Positions 28,209 to 37,654 of a stretch of DNA of 64,000 bases are shown one piece after another. The position numbers and the translations under genes are program-made. Every line of letters starts with the position of its first letter. The stretch's first letter is position 1. The notes beneath the pieces were generated by a model, which saw nothing but the letters and a program-made list of their open reading frames with translations, did not search any database and was not told the origin of the DNA. The stretch comes from a virus (taxonomy: Duplodnaviria > Caudoviricetes): the IMG/VR virus record IMGVR_UViG_3300028048_000038, positions 256,001 to 320,000 of that record; one strand, given 5' to 3'.

Positions 28209-29627
28209 ATGGCATTATTTTTAGAGGATTCACAGAAAGTAACTAGAAGGAAGGCTCCAGTTCCATTGAAGGATAGACAATACTATAGTGCATGGTATAA
28301 TGCGCTAGAGAAAGTCATGCCTAAAAATAACCTTAAAAACCTTAAGAGTCTTGCATCTACCAAGGCATATAATAAAAAAGGTAACGATAATTTGAACGGT
28401 AAGAAACAAAATACTAGCTATGTTAGCGTTGAGGATGCAAAGAAGAGAATGCAGAGAATGAATCCTAACGATATAACACAAGGTGGACAAAAGGCTTATA
28501 ATTTCTACAAGAAGACTATAGAGAGGGCTAGAAGCCAAGCAGAGGTATCTCCAATAGAGCCTCCAAAGCCTACCGCAAGTGTTAAGCCTAGCAATGTTAA
28601 CATCACAAAACAAAGCGTCCCTACTGCAAAAATTAAGACTGAGGGCAGAATTATAAAGGAAGAATTTGACAACAATCATATATTTTGGGATTATCTAAAT
28701 GATTACGGTGCTAATTACGTTTTTAATGAATTTTTGCAAAATCCAAATGGTAAGGAGAGTTGGGGCGTATTGATTAACCCAGATATGTATGCAAAGGCAT
28801 TAAGGGAATTCACACGTTTTGGTAAATTAACAACCTTTCCTACTAAATACATCTATCAATGGATGGGAATTATCATGAAGAATACTGCGATATTAAATGC
28901 TAACACTGAAATAGCAGGTCACAGTAGTAATTTCCCATTTGAGGAGTTTGAAGATTTCTTAGTCAGTTACTATGGCACTGATAGGGACATAGATGTGAAT
29001 TACGACCATACGGTGAGGATAGAGATAACACCAGAGGAAGTTGTTAAATTATGTAATGACGAGCCTATCCGTATAAATGAAGATGCTGTTGATAAATACG
29101 GACAAACGTATTTCCCTTGGGTAACTCAAGGTGAGGCTGAATTAATGGTAAAAAATCAAGAGTTACAACGTCAAAGAGAAAAGTTCCAGCAAATGTATGG
29201 CGATTTGGGAACATATGTTGAAAATTATAACAAAGAAAACAAGAATCGTGAGCAAATAACGATTGACTACCAAACAAACAAGATTTATTGGGAATTGGAT
29301 ATGTTTGAATTGTTATATCAAATTGGAATAACAGATGAGTGGATGCAGATGCCAGATGGAAGTGATGCGTTTTCTGACTTTGGCATTGAGCCAATTGTAA
29401 ACATTATTTCAGAATATGATGAGGACTTGCCACCAGAGAAGGTATTGGTTTTGGTTAACAAGGTATTGGATGTATATCACCAGAGAGGTGATTTAAGTTC
29501 AATATTTGTGCAAGGTGGTTCTAAGGCACTTGATAGGATTGCCGAGGAAATTAAGAGAAATAATAAGAAGGTGTATATCACCGAAAAACAAATATTAAGG
29601 TTACAAGATGGCAAACACAATCGATAA
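28209..29627 (+). CDS. multi-module putative internal head protein
   Basis: FLE, IIKEE, INE, IAEE sites; C-terminal KKVYITEKQILRL. Confidence 0.6.
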   Translation: MALFLEDSQKVTRRKAPVPLKDRQYYSAWYNALEKVMPKNNLKNLKSLASTKAYNKKGNDNLNGKKQNTSYVSVEDAKKRMQRMNPNDITQGGQKAYNFYKKTIERARSQAEVSPIEPPKPTASVKPSNVNITKQSVPTAKIKTEGRIIKEEFDNNHIFWDYLNDYGANYVFNEFLQNPNGKESWGVLINPDMYAKALREFTRFGKLTTFPTKYIYQWMGIIMKNTAILNANTEIAGHSSNFPFEEFEDFLVSYYGTDRDIDVNYDHTVRIEITPEEVVKLCNDEPIRINEDAVDKYGQTYFPWVTQGEAELMVKNQELQRQREKFQQMYGDLGTYVENYNKENKNREQITIDYQTNKIYWELDMFELLYQIGITDEWMQMPDGSDAFSDFGIEPIVNIISEYDEDLPPEKVLVLVNKVLDVYHQRGDLSSIFVQGGSKALDRIAEEIKRNNKKVYITEKQILRLQDGKHNR

Positions 29628-30009
29628 TACATTTAGAAAGATTGGTAATACCATAGAGAATATTATGGGTGGGTCAAGTACCCAACAGTCATCTTCTAAT
29701 GGAACTACCAATGGTAAACAAACTTGTCTTGAAAAATTTGGTATTGAAGCAAGGAAAGAACATCTATATAGAAATGAATGGAAGGTTGACTTGCAATACA
29801 CAAAGGCATTGGTAGATGCTGAGTATATGGTACAGACTGAATTCCCAGTTGGAAGTACAGACCAATCTGTTCAAGACCAAATGGAAACAGCTAAAAAGAA
29901 AGAAGAGAAAGCCAATAAGACTAAATTGGACAAGCTAAGAGAGAAAAGAGATAAATTAAATACAAAAATTGAAACTTTAGAAGGTAAATCTAAGGTTGAG
30001 GAACTATAA
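29608..30009 (+). CDS. hypothetical protein, N-terminal paralogue of the next gene
   Basis: MANT...NGKQTCLEKFGI. Confidence 0.6.
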   Translation: MANTIDNTFRKIGNTIENIMGGSSTQQSSSNGTTNGKQTCLEKFGIEARKEHLYRNEWKVDLQYTKALVDAEYMVQTEFPVGSTDQSVQDQMETAKKKEEKANKTKLDKLREKRDKLNTKIETLEGKSKVEEL

Positions 30010-30065
30010 TATTTACAATTAACTATTTATAATAGAAAATAAATTACTTAAATTTTATAAAGAAT

Positions 30066-30500
30066 ATGGCAAATACAGTTCAGAACGGACAGACTTGTCT
30101 TGAAAAAGCTGGAATAACTGAACGTCATAATGAAATAACTCGTTCAGATTATAATATTGAAAACCAATACAGTTCTTTACATCAAGACGCAATAAGTGAT
30201 GGTGATGCACAAGGTAAAGGGCATCCTACTGTAAAAGGGCATACACATTGGCTTCCAACGTGTGACGGAACAGCAAATAATGGAATAAATTATAGTAATT
30301 TTGCAACGAGTCCAGAAGACCAAATTGGCGGTAAATATGATATTGATGGATATCAAGACAGGCCTGGGCGCAAAACACAAATGGCTCGTTCAATATATAA
30401 TTATCAAGAACAATATGGTGCAAATCTTGTAAATACAGAACAGAACCAGCAAGAAGGACAATATGTTATGGGTCAACAGATTGGTAATAAAAATATTTAA
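30066..30500 (+). CDS. hypothetical late protein
   Basis: MANTVQNGQTCLEKAGI; CTATTTATA at 30023-30031. Confidence 0.65.
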   Translation: MANTVQNGQTCLEKAGITERHNEITRSDYNIENQYSSLHQDAISDGDAQGKGHPTVKGHTHWLPTCDGTANNGINYSNFATSPEDQIGGKYDIDGYQDRPGRKTQMARSIYNYQEQYGANLVNTEQNQQEGQYVMGQQIGNKNI

Positions 30501-30537
30501 AAATTTAGAAGCATCTAGATTCTTAATACATTTACAT

Positions 30538-30641
30538 AAATGTGGATAGGTGGGAGTAGCTACCCACTGATAAGGTTTTCGCTTCAATCTTCCACATTTT
30601 TTGTTTTAAAATTAGAAGCGATTATAATAGAAGCGAATATG
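30538..30641 (+). promoter_or_regulatory. structured RNA leader of the homing endonuclease
   Basis: AAATGTGGA/TCCACATTT outer stem, GGTGGG/CCCACT inner stem, TTCGCTTC complementary to GAAGCGAA just before the ATG. Confidence 0.55.
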
Positions 30642-31625
30642 GCAAAAAGAATAACACAAGAAGAATTTTTAAACAAAGTTACAAGTATATGCGGAGATAA
30701 TATTGATTTTTCTAAGTCAGTTTATATTAATGATGCAACAAAAGTAATGTGTATATGCAAAAAATGTGACAACATTTGGTGGGTGACTCCTAACAATCTT
30801 AAACACGGAAAAGGATGCCCTAGTTGTAAACATAAATCAAAAAAATATACATTAGATGAGTGGTTTAAAATGGCTGAAAAAGCACACAACGGAAAATATG
30901 ATTTATCCTTGATAAATGAATATCATTCTAGAGAACAAAAAATGAAGATTATTTGTCATGAAAAACATCTAGATGGAAAAGAACATGGCGTTTTTGAAAT
31001 ATCTAGCAGTTCGTTTTTACATGGTAGAGGATGTCCATATTGTGCTATTAATGTTATAAAAGAAAAACAAAAGAAACCATTTGACCAAATGGTCAAGGAT
31101 GCAAGAAAAATTCATGGTGACAAGTATGAATATAATGAAGATACATACGTAAACGCACAAACACCAATGAAAATCTTTTGTAAGGTTCATGGCGAGTTCT
31201 GGCAAACGCCTCATAAGCATATAAATGGAAAACATGGATGTCCTAAATGTAAAGAAAGTAAACTAGAAGGAGAAATATCAAAATTGTTGTCAAAAAATAA
31301 CGTTAAATATGTAGAAAAAAAGCATTTTGAGTGGCTAGGATTACAGCATCTTGATTTCTATCTACCAGAATATAATGTCGCAATAGAATGTCAAGGAGAA
31401 CAACATTATGAAGGAAAAAGTTTCAGTTCTGATAAAACAAAGAAAACTTTAACAGAGAATCTTAAGATACAACAAGAACGTGATTCAAGAAAGAAGAAAC
31501 TTTGTAAAAGAAATAATGTAAAATTGTTATATTTCACACATTATAAAAATATCAGTGAAGATGAAGTAACGTTTAAAAATAAAGAAAAATTATTAAACAA
31601 AATATTTACTTATGAGAAGTTATGA
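30639..31625 (+). CDS. free-standing homing endonuclease (three zinc repeats + DUF559/Vsr-like nuclease)
   Basis: GCPSC, GCPYC, HGCPKC repeats; HLDFYLPEYNVAIECQGEQH; ATG at 30639. Confidence 0.85.
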   Translation: MAKRITQEEFLNKVTSICGDNIDFSKSVYINDATKVMCICKKCDNIWWVTPNNLKHGKGCPSCKHKSKKYTLDEWFKMAEKAHNGKYDLSLINEYHSREQKMKIICHEKHLDGKEHGVFEISSSSFLHGRGCPYCAINVIKEKQKKPFDQMVKDARKIHGDKYEYNEDTYVNAQTPMKIFCKVHGEFWQTPHKHINGKHGCPKCKESKLEGEISKLLSKNNVKYVEKKHFEWLGLQHLDFYLPEYNVAIECQGEQHYEGKSFSSDKTKKTLTENLKIQQERDSRKKKLCKRNNVKLLYFTHYKNISEDEVTFKNKEKLLNKIFTYEKL

Positions 31626-31953
31626 TAATGATAGATTACATAAGCTAGCGAAGAACATCCTCATCGGCATGGAACTTGTTGACAAGAGGGTAGATTCAAT
31701 CAAGAAGGCTAATGTAAAGAAGGAATTAAACGAGGAAGAGACAAGGCAAGCAATTGCTGAGACCAACGCTTTCTTCGCTGATAGAAAGATGCAGAGAAAG
31801 CTAGAAGCATTGAAATCATTGATTGTTGATAACACATACCAAAACCAACTTAATGAAATATATGGCAATCAAAGTATGAATATCATGCCTCAGAGTCGTT
31901 TGGATGAAATGAACATGAAGGTTAATTATAACCCATATAACGAAAAAGATTAA
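31612..31953 (+). CDS. hypothetical protein with L-x-E sites
   Basis: ELNEEE, QLNE, RLDE. Confidence 0.6.
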   Translation: MRSYDNDRLHKLAKNILIGMELVDKRVDSIKKANVKKELNEEETRQAIAETNAFFADRKMQRKLEALKSLIVDNTYQNQLNEIYGNQSMNIMPQSRLDEMNMKVNYNPYNEKD

Positions 31954-31955
31954 AA

Positions 31956-32681
31956 ATGAAAATAACTCTACAAGATAGAATTAAACCATTCTTAAATGAG
32001 GCGGTTGACAGTGAATCAGTATTACAGTCCATCAGAAATAAAAATAAAGTACGCATTAGATATGATGATGGACAAGCCGATAATGCTGGGAATCCAAAAG
32101 GCACACGTGTCATCATGCCAATGGCAATAGGGACAACGAAGAAAGGATATCCAGTTGTCAGAGCATATCAAGAAGGTGGTGGGTCTCGTAGAGGTGTACC
32201 AAAGTGGAAATTCTTTCGTCTTGATAGAATTACTTCTTGGACTCCATTGGTGAACAAGAAATTTAATGAACCCCCATTGGGTTATAATTTCAATGGTGAT
32301 AGGACAATGGGCACATTTATTGACAATGCAAAGTTCAATGATTTTGTAAGTCCATTGGATAGACAAAGAATGCAATTCAGAAATGATGTTAAGATAGGTC
32401 AACAGCAAAATACGTCAAAAGGTCCAGTTGAACAGCCAAGAGTTACGCAACAATGGAAGAAAAACGTCTATACATCTCAGCCTAATAGTAAAAAATATGA
32501 TATGATTAGACAGAATATAGACAATACCCCCAAAAAAAATGATGACTTCTGGCGTCTCTTTGACCTCAATGATGCTGAAAAGGCATTAACTGAGCCACAG
32601 AAAGGACCGATTGATAATGGTTATGATACAGATGATGTCGATTTTGACGAAAATGATTACGCAAACAATAATAGAAGATAA
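31956..32681 (+). CDS. WYL-like domain protein
   Basis: VRIRY...RVIMP.AIG...VVRAYQ...WKFFRLDRI. Confidence 0.65.
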   Translation: MKITLQDRIKPFLNEAVDSESVLQSIRNKNKVRIRYDDGQADNAGNPKGTRVIMPMAIGTTKKGYPVVRAYQEGGGSRRGVPKWKFFRLDRITSWTPLVNKKFNEPPLGYNFNGDRTMGTFIDNAKFNDFVSPLDRQRMQFRNDVKIGQQQNTSKGPVEQPRVTQQWKKNVYTSQPNSKKYDMIRQNIDNTPKKNDDFWRLFDLNDAEKALTEPQKGPIDNGYDTDDVDFDENDYANNNRR

Positions 32682-33373
32682 TGGCAAATTTGACTGAAGA
32701 ACAAAAGAAAGTTAGATTAAATGAATCCATGTCAAGGGCTGCAAAGCTCATGAAATTGGAGGCAAATGGTACTCTTGATAAAATAGCAGCAGGACATAAG
32801 GATGGTATTAATGAATCACTTAATGGTGATACATTAACTAGTGATTTGATGACAACAGCTAGGAATAGAAAGACTCAAGCACCACCTTCATTCGGTGGAC
32901 AGATGGGTGAAAACGCTGCAAACGTACCAGCCGCAATCAGAGAAGCATTCATGTCCAATCCAATAGACTATGGTTCATTAGGTGGCGGTATGGATGGAGA
33001 TTTATCATTCCTTACTGAAGGTCTAGATTTAATGCAACAACCACAAACTCAACAAGTGGTGACACCTCCACAGAACATCAGACAGATTGTTAATGAGGGT
33101 GTACAACAACAATATGCACCTCAACCACAGATGCAATACACAACAGCACCTCAGATTGATTATCCAATGATTAGGACAATTGTTGAGGAAATCGTAAGAA
33201 AGTATGCTGTTTCATTGAATAAGAAGATTGTGAATGAAGGTAAAGGTAACGAAATTAATACCATTGCTTTAGGTAAAAATTTCAGATTCCTAGCCTCAGA
33301 TGGTACAATATATGAATGCGTTATGAAGAAAGTAGGTAACGTAAATGATAAAAGAAAGAGTGTTAACGGTTAA
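32681..33373 (+). CDS. hypothetical Gln/Pro-rich protein with repeated x-N-E sites
   Basis: RLNE, INE, IVNE twice. Confidence 0.6.
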   Translation: MANLTEEQKKVRLNESMSRAAKLMKLEANGTLDKIAAGHKDGINESLNGDTLTSDLMTTARNRKTQAPPSFGGQMGENAANVPAAIREAFMSNPIDYGSLGGGMDGDLSFLTEGLDLMQQPQTQQVVTPPQNIRQIVNEGVQQQYAPQPQMQYTTAPQIDYPMIRTIVEEIVRKYAVSLNKKIVNEGKGNEINTIALGKNFRFLASDGTIYECVMKKVGNVNDKRKSVNG

Positions 33374-33386
33374 CACTCTTTTTTTT
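33355..33386 (+). terminator. intrinsic terminator overlapping the stop codon
   Basis: AAAGAGTGTTAAC-G-GTTAACACTCTTT plus T-run. Confidence 0.75.
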
Positions 33387-33438
33387 GCTTTATATATTGA
33401 TTTATCCCTCAAATGTTTTTATTTTTTATAAAAAAAAT

Positions 33439-33903
33439 ATGATAGAGTATTTCGATGATGGACGTGTTAAAAGCGTAAAGGGTTATGGAATAACTTGTAA
33501 TATAGATATTGACTTTGATAATCCAGACCTTGAAAAAGTAAAGACAATAATGTTGAATGACTTTTCAAGAAAGTTAATGGCAATCCACAATGAACATATG
33601 TATGCAATGCCAAATGCCTTATTTATGTATGGTATTTTCGAGAGAAGATATTATGACGATATTTTCATGTCAATAACCAAAGAAGTTAAACGTGAAGTTG
33701 TTAATTTGACTGACACTAATTATATTGCCAATTATGTTTTCGAATATTTCAAAAAGTATTATAACGGTCCAGAAGAAATGATGCCAAAATCAGCAAAGGA
33801 AATTAAACGTTGGTTCTCAGCTAGTGAGTTTCCATTCATGTGGGCGACATTGTTCAGAAATATGGATGGAAAGGTTTCTATGGGCTATATGATTACAAGA
33901 TAA
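33439..33903 (+). CDS. hypothetical protein
   Basis: ATG at 33439 after A-rich leader. Confidence 0.6.
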   Translation: MIEYFDDGRVKSVKGYGITCNIDIDFDNPDLEKVKTIMLNDFSRKLMAIHNEHMYAMPNALFMYGIFERRYYDDIFMSITKEVKREVVNLTDTNYIANYVFEYFKKYYNGPEEMMPKSAKEIKRWFSASEFPFMWATLFRNMDGKVSMGYMITR

Positions 33904-33927
33904 TAAATTATTTTAATATATTAAAAT

Positions 33928-35142
33928 ATGGATAAAAAAATTAAAATGTTGGTGATACCTAGTGATAGGACTGGTGTGGGTAAGTTCCGTTCAGTAGACC
34001 CACACACTTACATTCAAGAACATTATGGTGATGAATTCGATGTGGATATTGTTTACAGTATGCCAAACGGAGACCTTGAGGCTTTCTTAAAGCAATATGA
34101 CCTTATTCATATACACAAGCAACTTGATAAGCAGTGTAAGATTATGGATATGATTAAGTTCTTGGGTATACCAGTAATAATCGATGTTGATGACCACTTT
34201 AAACTTGGAGAAGACCACCCAATGTCACTTACGGCAAAGAAGGAAAAGTGGCATGAACCAATTATCAATCACTTGAAGAAAGCTGATTATGTTACAACTA
34301 CAACTCCAATCTTTGCCAATATACTTAAGAAGTATAATAAAAATGTGGCAGTGTTCCCAAATGCCATCAATCCAAACGAGGAACAATATACTGTTCCAAA
34401 GACACCGCCTACTGACAAACTTAGAGTTGGTATCATTTGTGGTTCTTCACACTTAAAGGACTTACAGTTACTTGATGGTATTGCAAAACAAATCGATAAG
34501 GATAAGGTACAGTTTGTACTATGTGGTTTCGATACAAGAGGTAATAGAACAATCTATAACCAACAAACTGGTGAGAAAACCACGAGACCAATATTACCAG
34601 AGGAGAGTGTATGGTGCGATTATGAGAAGATTTTTACAGACAATTATAATAATGTATCACCAGAACATAAGGAATTCCTTTTGAAGTATGTTGCGAATGT
34701 TGATGACCCATTCACAAATGAGCCATATCGTAGAATGTGGACTAGGGATATTAACAAATATGCTACGCATTATGCCAATGTTGATGTACTTATAGCACCC
34801 CTAAAGGAAAACGAATTTAATAGTGTTAAATCTGAACTAAAGGAAATTGAGTGCGGATTTACTCATACTGCATTTATCGGACAGAACTTTGGCGCATACA
34901 CCATTAACCTAGCCCCAATGATTGAGAAAGGTGGTAAGATTAATGAGGAAGGTACTGCACTATTAGTTGATTCAAGAAAGAATCATAAGGATTGGGCTAA
35001 ATACATCAATAAGCTTGCTAATGATAGGGATATGCTTAAGAAGCTACAAGACAATTTGTATAACTTCGTAAAAGATAGATATTCACTTGAGACAGTTTGC
35101 AAGCAGAGAGTTGAGCTATATAAGCAAATAGCTAAGAAATAA
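33928..35142 (+). CDS. glycosyltransferase (GT-B fold)
   Basis: GVGKFRS..P, IIDVDD, GSSHLKDL, DVLIAPL...FN..KSELK.IE. Confidence 0.8.
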   Translation: MDKKIKMLVIPSDRTGVGKFRSVDPHTYIQEHYGDEFDVDIVYSMPNGDLEAFLKQYDLIHIHKQLDKQCKIMDMIKFLGIPVIIDVDDHFKLGEDHPMSLTAKKEKWHEPIINHLKKADYVTTTTPIFANILKKYNKNVAVFPNAINPNEEQYTVPKTPPTDKLRVGIICGSSHLKDLQLLDGIAKQIDKDKVQFVLCGFDTRGNRTIYNQQTGEKTTRPILPEESVWCDYEKIFTDNYNNVSPEHKEFLLKYVANVDDPFTNEPYRRMWTRDINKYATHYANVDVLIAPLKENEFNSVKSELKEIECGFTHTAFIGQNFGAYTINLAPMIEKGGKINEEGTALLVDSRKNHKDWAKYINKLANDRDMLKKLQDNLYNFVKDRYSLETVCKQRVELYKQIAKK

Positions 35143-35181
35143 AGCAAAAAGAGTGGGGATTGTTCCTCACTCTTTATTTTT

Positions 35182-35556
35182 TTACACATTTTCCTTAAGG
35201 TATTTGTTAATTGATTCTGTAATGGCTTTATTAATCTTACCTTCAAATTGTTTAGCCTTTTCCCAAGAAATAGTGTTATCTTCAGCATTACCTCTAGGAC
35301 TCAAAGCCTTACCAAATTCTTCTCTATCCTCTGGAAATGCTCTTCCAACTTCCTCTTGGTCTGCAAATTGTCTATCAAGACCTCTTGATATTGGATTATC
35401 TGTTCCAATGGTTGCTGCTGCACCCAAGCCAAGTGCTGCGCCAAGTCCTGCTGTCTTAAGGGCATCCTTGCCCCAACCTTCTTCAACTGTACGTCTTACA
35501 GTTTCTTCTACGATTTTATGTAAATCTGATTCTGTTAATCTTATAATCTGTGTCAT
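35182..35556 (-). CDS. putative cargo protein with RLTESDLH tag
   Basis: IIRLTESDLHKIVEETVRRTVEEG; late motif 35576-35584. Confidence 0.7.
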   Translation of the reverse strand: MTQIIRLTESDLHKIVEETVRRTVEEGWGKDALKTAGLGAALGLGAAATIGTDNPISRGLDRQFADQEEVGRAFPEDREEFGKALSPRGNAEDNTISWEKAKQFEGKINKAITESINKYLKENV

Positions 35557-35586
35557 AATTAAATATGTATTTTAATATAAATATCA

Positions 35587-37062
35587 TTAAGCTTTAAATT
35601 CTGATTGGTCAACTGGTGAACATTGTATTATATGTTCAATCAGTAATTTGATTTTTTTAAATGTATTCTTATTAGTATATATGAAACCGTATTTTTCATT
35701 ATCAATCACAGCTTTTTTGGATATTGCAGAATCTAATAGATAAATTAAGTTAACTTTTCCATCAGATTTTTCTTTTTTCTTTTTATCTCGTTCTATATTA
35801 ATACCTAATGAGTTTTTATTATTCCAACCACCATCAATAAAATGCTGTTTTCCTTGACATTCAATGGCAATATTATAATCTGGTAAATAAAAATCAAAAT
35901 GTTGTAGTCCTAACCAAAGAAAATGCTTACCATTCACATAGTTAATATGATTTTCTTCTAGTGTTAATCTAGTGTTACGCTCTAATGAAGATTCTTTACA
36001 TTTAGGACAACCATGACCATTGCCACTTATATGAACCGAAGGCTTCATCCAAAACTCTCCATGAATCGGACATATCATTCTCATATCTGTTCTATAATTT
36101 ACAAATGTATCTTTATCATAAATATATTTGTACCCATGTTTGTTTCTAGCCTCTTGTATAAAGACTTCGAATGGCTTTTTTTTAGGGTTTATTTTGTTTT
36201 CTTTCATACATTCCTTACATCCAGAACCGCTTAAATGGCGGTAAGCAAGAATTTTAAAATATCCATGTTTTTTACATTTAACAACTACATCACTATGGGC
36301 ATCAATATACACAGTATTTTCATCATAAATCCACTTATCGTTATGGACTATTTTTGCTTTTTTAATAAATGATTCCGTATCATGAACTCTGTTTTGAAGA
36401 ATTGGTTTTTTAGAACTTAAAATTGATAAGGGTGTTGTTATTATTCTACACCCTTCATGAATTAGCGTTAAATTAGTGGTGTTATTAACATATATTGTTT
36501 CAGATGTATCATAAAAATATGGAAATTTCTCGTTAAGTTTTTTTATAAAACTTTCAGTATCATGGACATAGTTTTTAATGTAATTTTCATGCCTTTCTTT
36601 TGCATGTTGGATATTTTTTTCCTTAGACTTCTTGACACAATTTGGGCAATTCCATTTGTTTCTCCTTGGTGTTAGAAATAAAGCTGGTCTCTCCCAAAAG
36701 TCTTTTCCGCACACATTACAAGTAAAACATACTCTACCTTTTTCATCACGATTTAAAGAGTCAACTTTATCATATGAATATCTATTTCCATATAGTTCTT
36801 TCCCTCGCTTTATAATTTCTTCAGTTGGTGTTTTTGCCTCATTATGAGATTTTTTATGGGCACATTTAGGGCAACCAACTTTGCATAAATTTATGAAATT
36901 ATCTGGTCTAACTTCCCATTCATAACCACAAGTATTACACTTTATTAGTATTTTAGTTTTGTTATCTTTATACTCGCCTAAAACACTATATTTACCAATA
37001 CCATATTTAGCATCAATTTTTCCTATAAAATTATCTTTTTTATCTATAATATTTAACTTCAT
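35587..37062 (-). CDS. free-standing homing endonuclease fused to a copy of the neighbour's C-terminus
   Basis: Zinc repeats, HFDFYLPDYNIAIECQGKQH; ends ...SPVDQSEFKA. Confidence 0.85.
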   Translation of the reverse strand: MKLNIIDKKDNFIGKIDAKYGIGKYSVLGEYKDNKTKILIKCNTCGYEWEVRPDNFINLCKVGCPKCAHKKSHNEAKTPTEEIIKRGKELYGNRYSYDKVDSLNRDEKGRVCFTCNVCGKDFWERPALFLTPRRNKWNCPNCVKKSKEKNIQHAKERHENYIKNYVHDTESFIKKLNEKFPYFYDTSETIYVNNTTNLTLIHEGCRIITTPLSILSSKKPILQNRVHDTESFIKKAKIVHNDKWIYDENTVYIDAHSDVVVKCKKHGYFKILAYRHLSGSGCKECMKENKINPKKKPFEVFIQEARNKHGYKYIYDKDTFVNYRTDMRMICPIHGEFWMKPSVHISGNGHGCPKCKESSLERNTRLTLEENHINYVNGKHFLWLGLQHFDFYLPDYNIAIECQGKQHFIDGGWNNKNSLGINIERDKKKKEKSDGKVNLIYLLDSAISKKAVIDNEKYGFIYTNKNTFKKIKLLIEHIIQCSPVDQSEFKA

Positions 37063-37114
37063 TTATATATAAATATTATGAATTTCAAAATAATCTTTAA
37101 ATAATTAATAGAAA

Positions 37115-37654
37115 TTATGTTGTAAATTCTGAAGAATCAACACTATAGCCTTCCCACGTAACCCATAAACTAGTTGTACCCCATAAGCTATGGGCATTAG
37201 CATATCCATTGTTAATTGCATTGAGAACAAAATATTCAGAGTGTTCTGGCGTAACTTGTACCATAATATAGTCTCCTTTTTTGGCATCGACATTAAGTTC
37301 TTTTAATGTCTCTGGATAAACACCAATCGTTATCTTTCCTGGCTTCATATAAGTGCCAAGTTGTTTTGACTTATCATATGATTTTAATTCTGGTTCTTCA
37401 ATCTTATATGTGCATGGAATTTCAATTGGTGTCTTGAATGCCACGTTATCTGTATCTGTTTCCCCATACACAGCATCTGTCTGTGTTTGCGAAGCATCTA
37501 CTTGATAGAGCACAACAGTTTGTCCCATATCTTGTTCGATATAGTCCTTTCCTATTTCTCTCTCCAATGCAAACATTTCCGCATCGTAGAATAGACTGTT
37601 TCTATTAATAGGAACACGTCTTACATTATTTGTATTAAACTTTAAACTAGCCAC
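37115..37654 (-). CDS. putative neck/head-closure protein
   Basis: GQTVVLY, DAVYGE, P.EIP, GDYI pattern; GTG start; tentative. Confidence 0.5.
   Translation of the reverse strand: MASLKFNTNNVRRVPINRNSLFYDAEMFALEREIGKDYIEQDMGQTVVLYQVDASQTQTDAVYGETDTDNVAFKTPIEIPCTYKIEEPELKSYDKSKQLGTYMKPGKITIGVYPETLKELNVDAKKGDYIMVQVTPEHSEYFVLNAINNGYANAHSLWGTTSLWVTWEGYSVDSSEFTT

Noticed and set aside
35587-37115. Group I intron or intein around the endonuclease
   Set aside because: Only 52 nt of A/T-rich DNA separates the genes, too little for a ribozyme core; host gene has its own stop; no intein terminal motifs.
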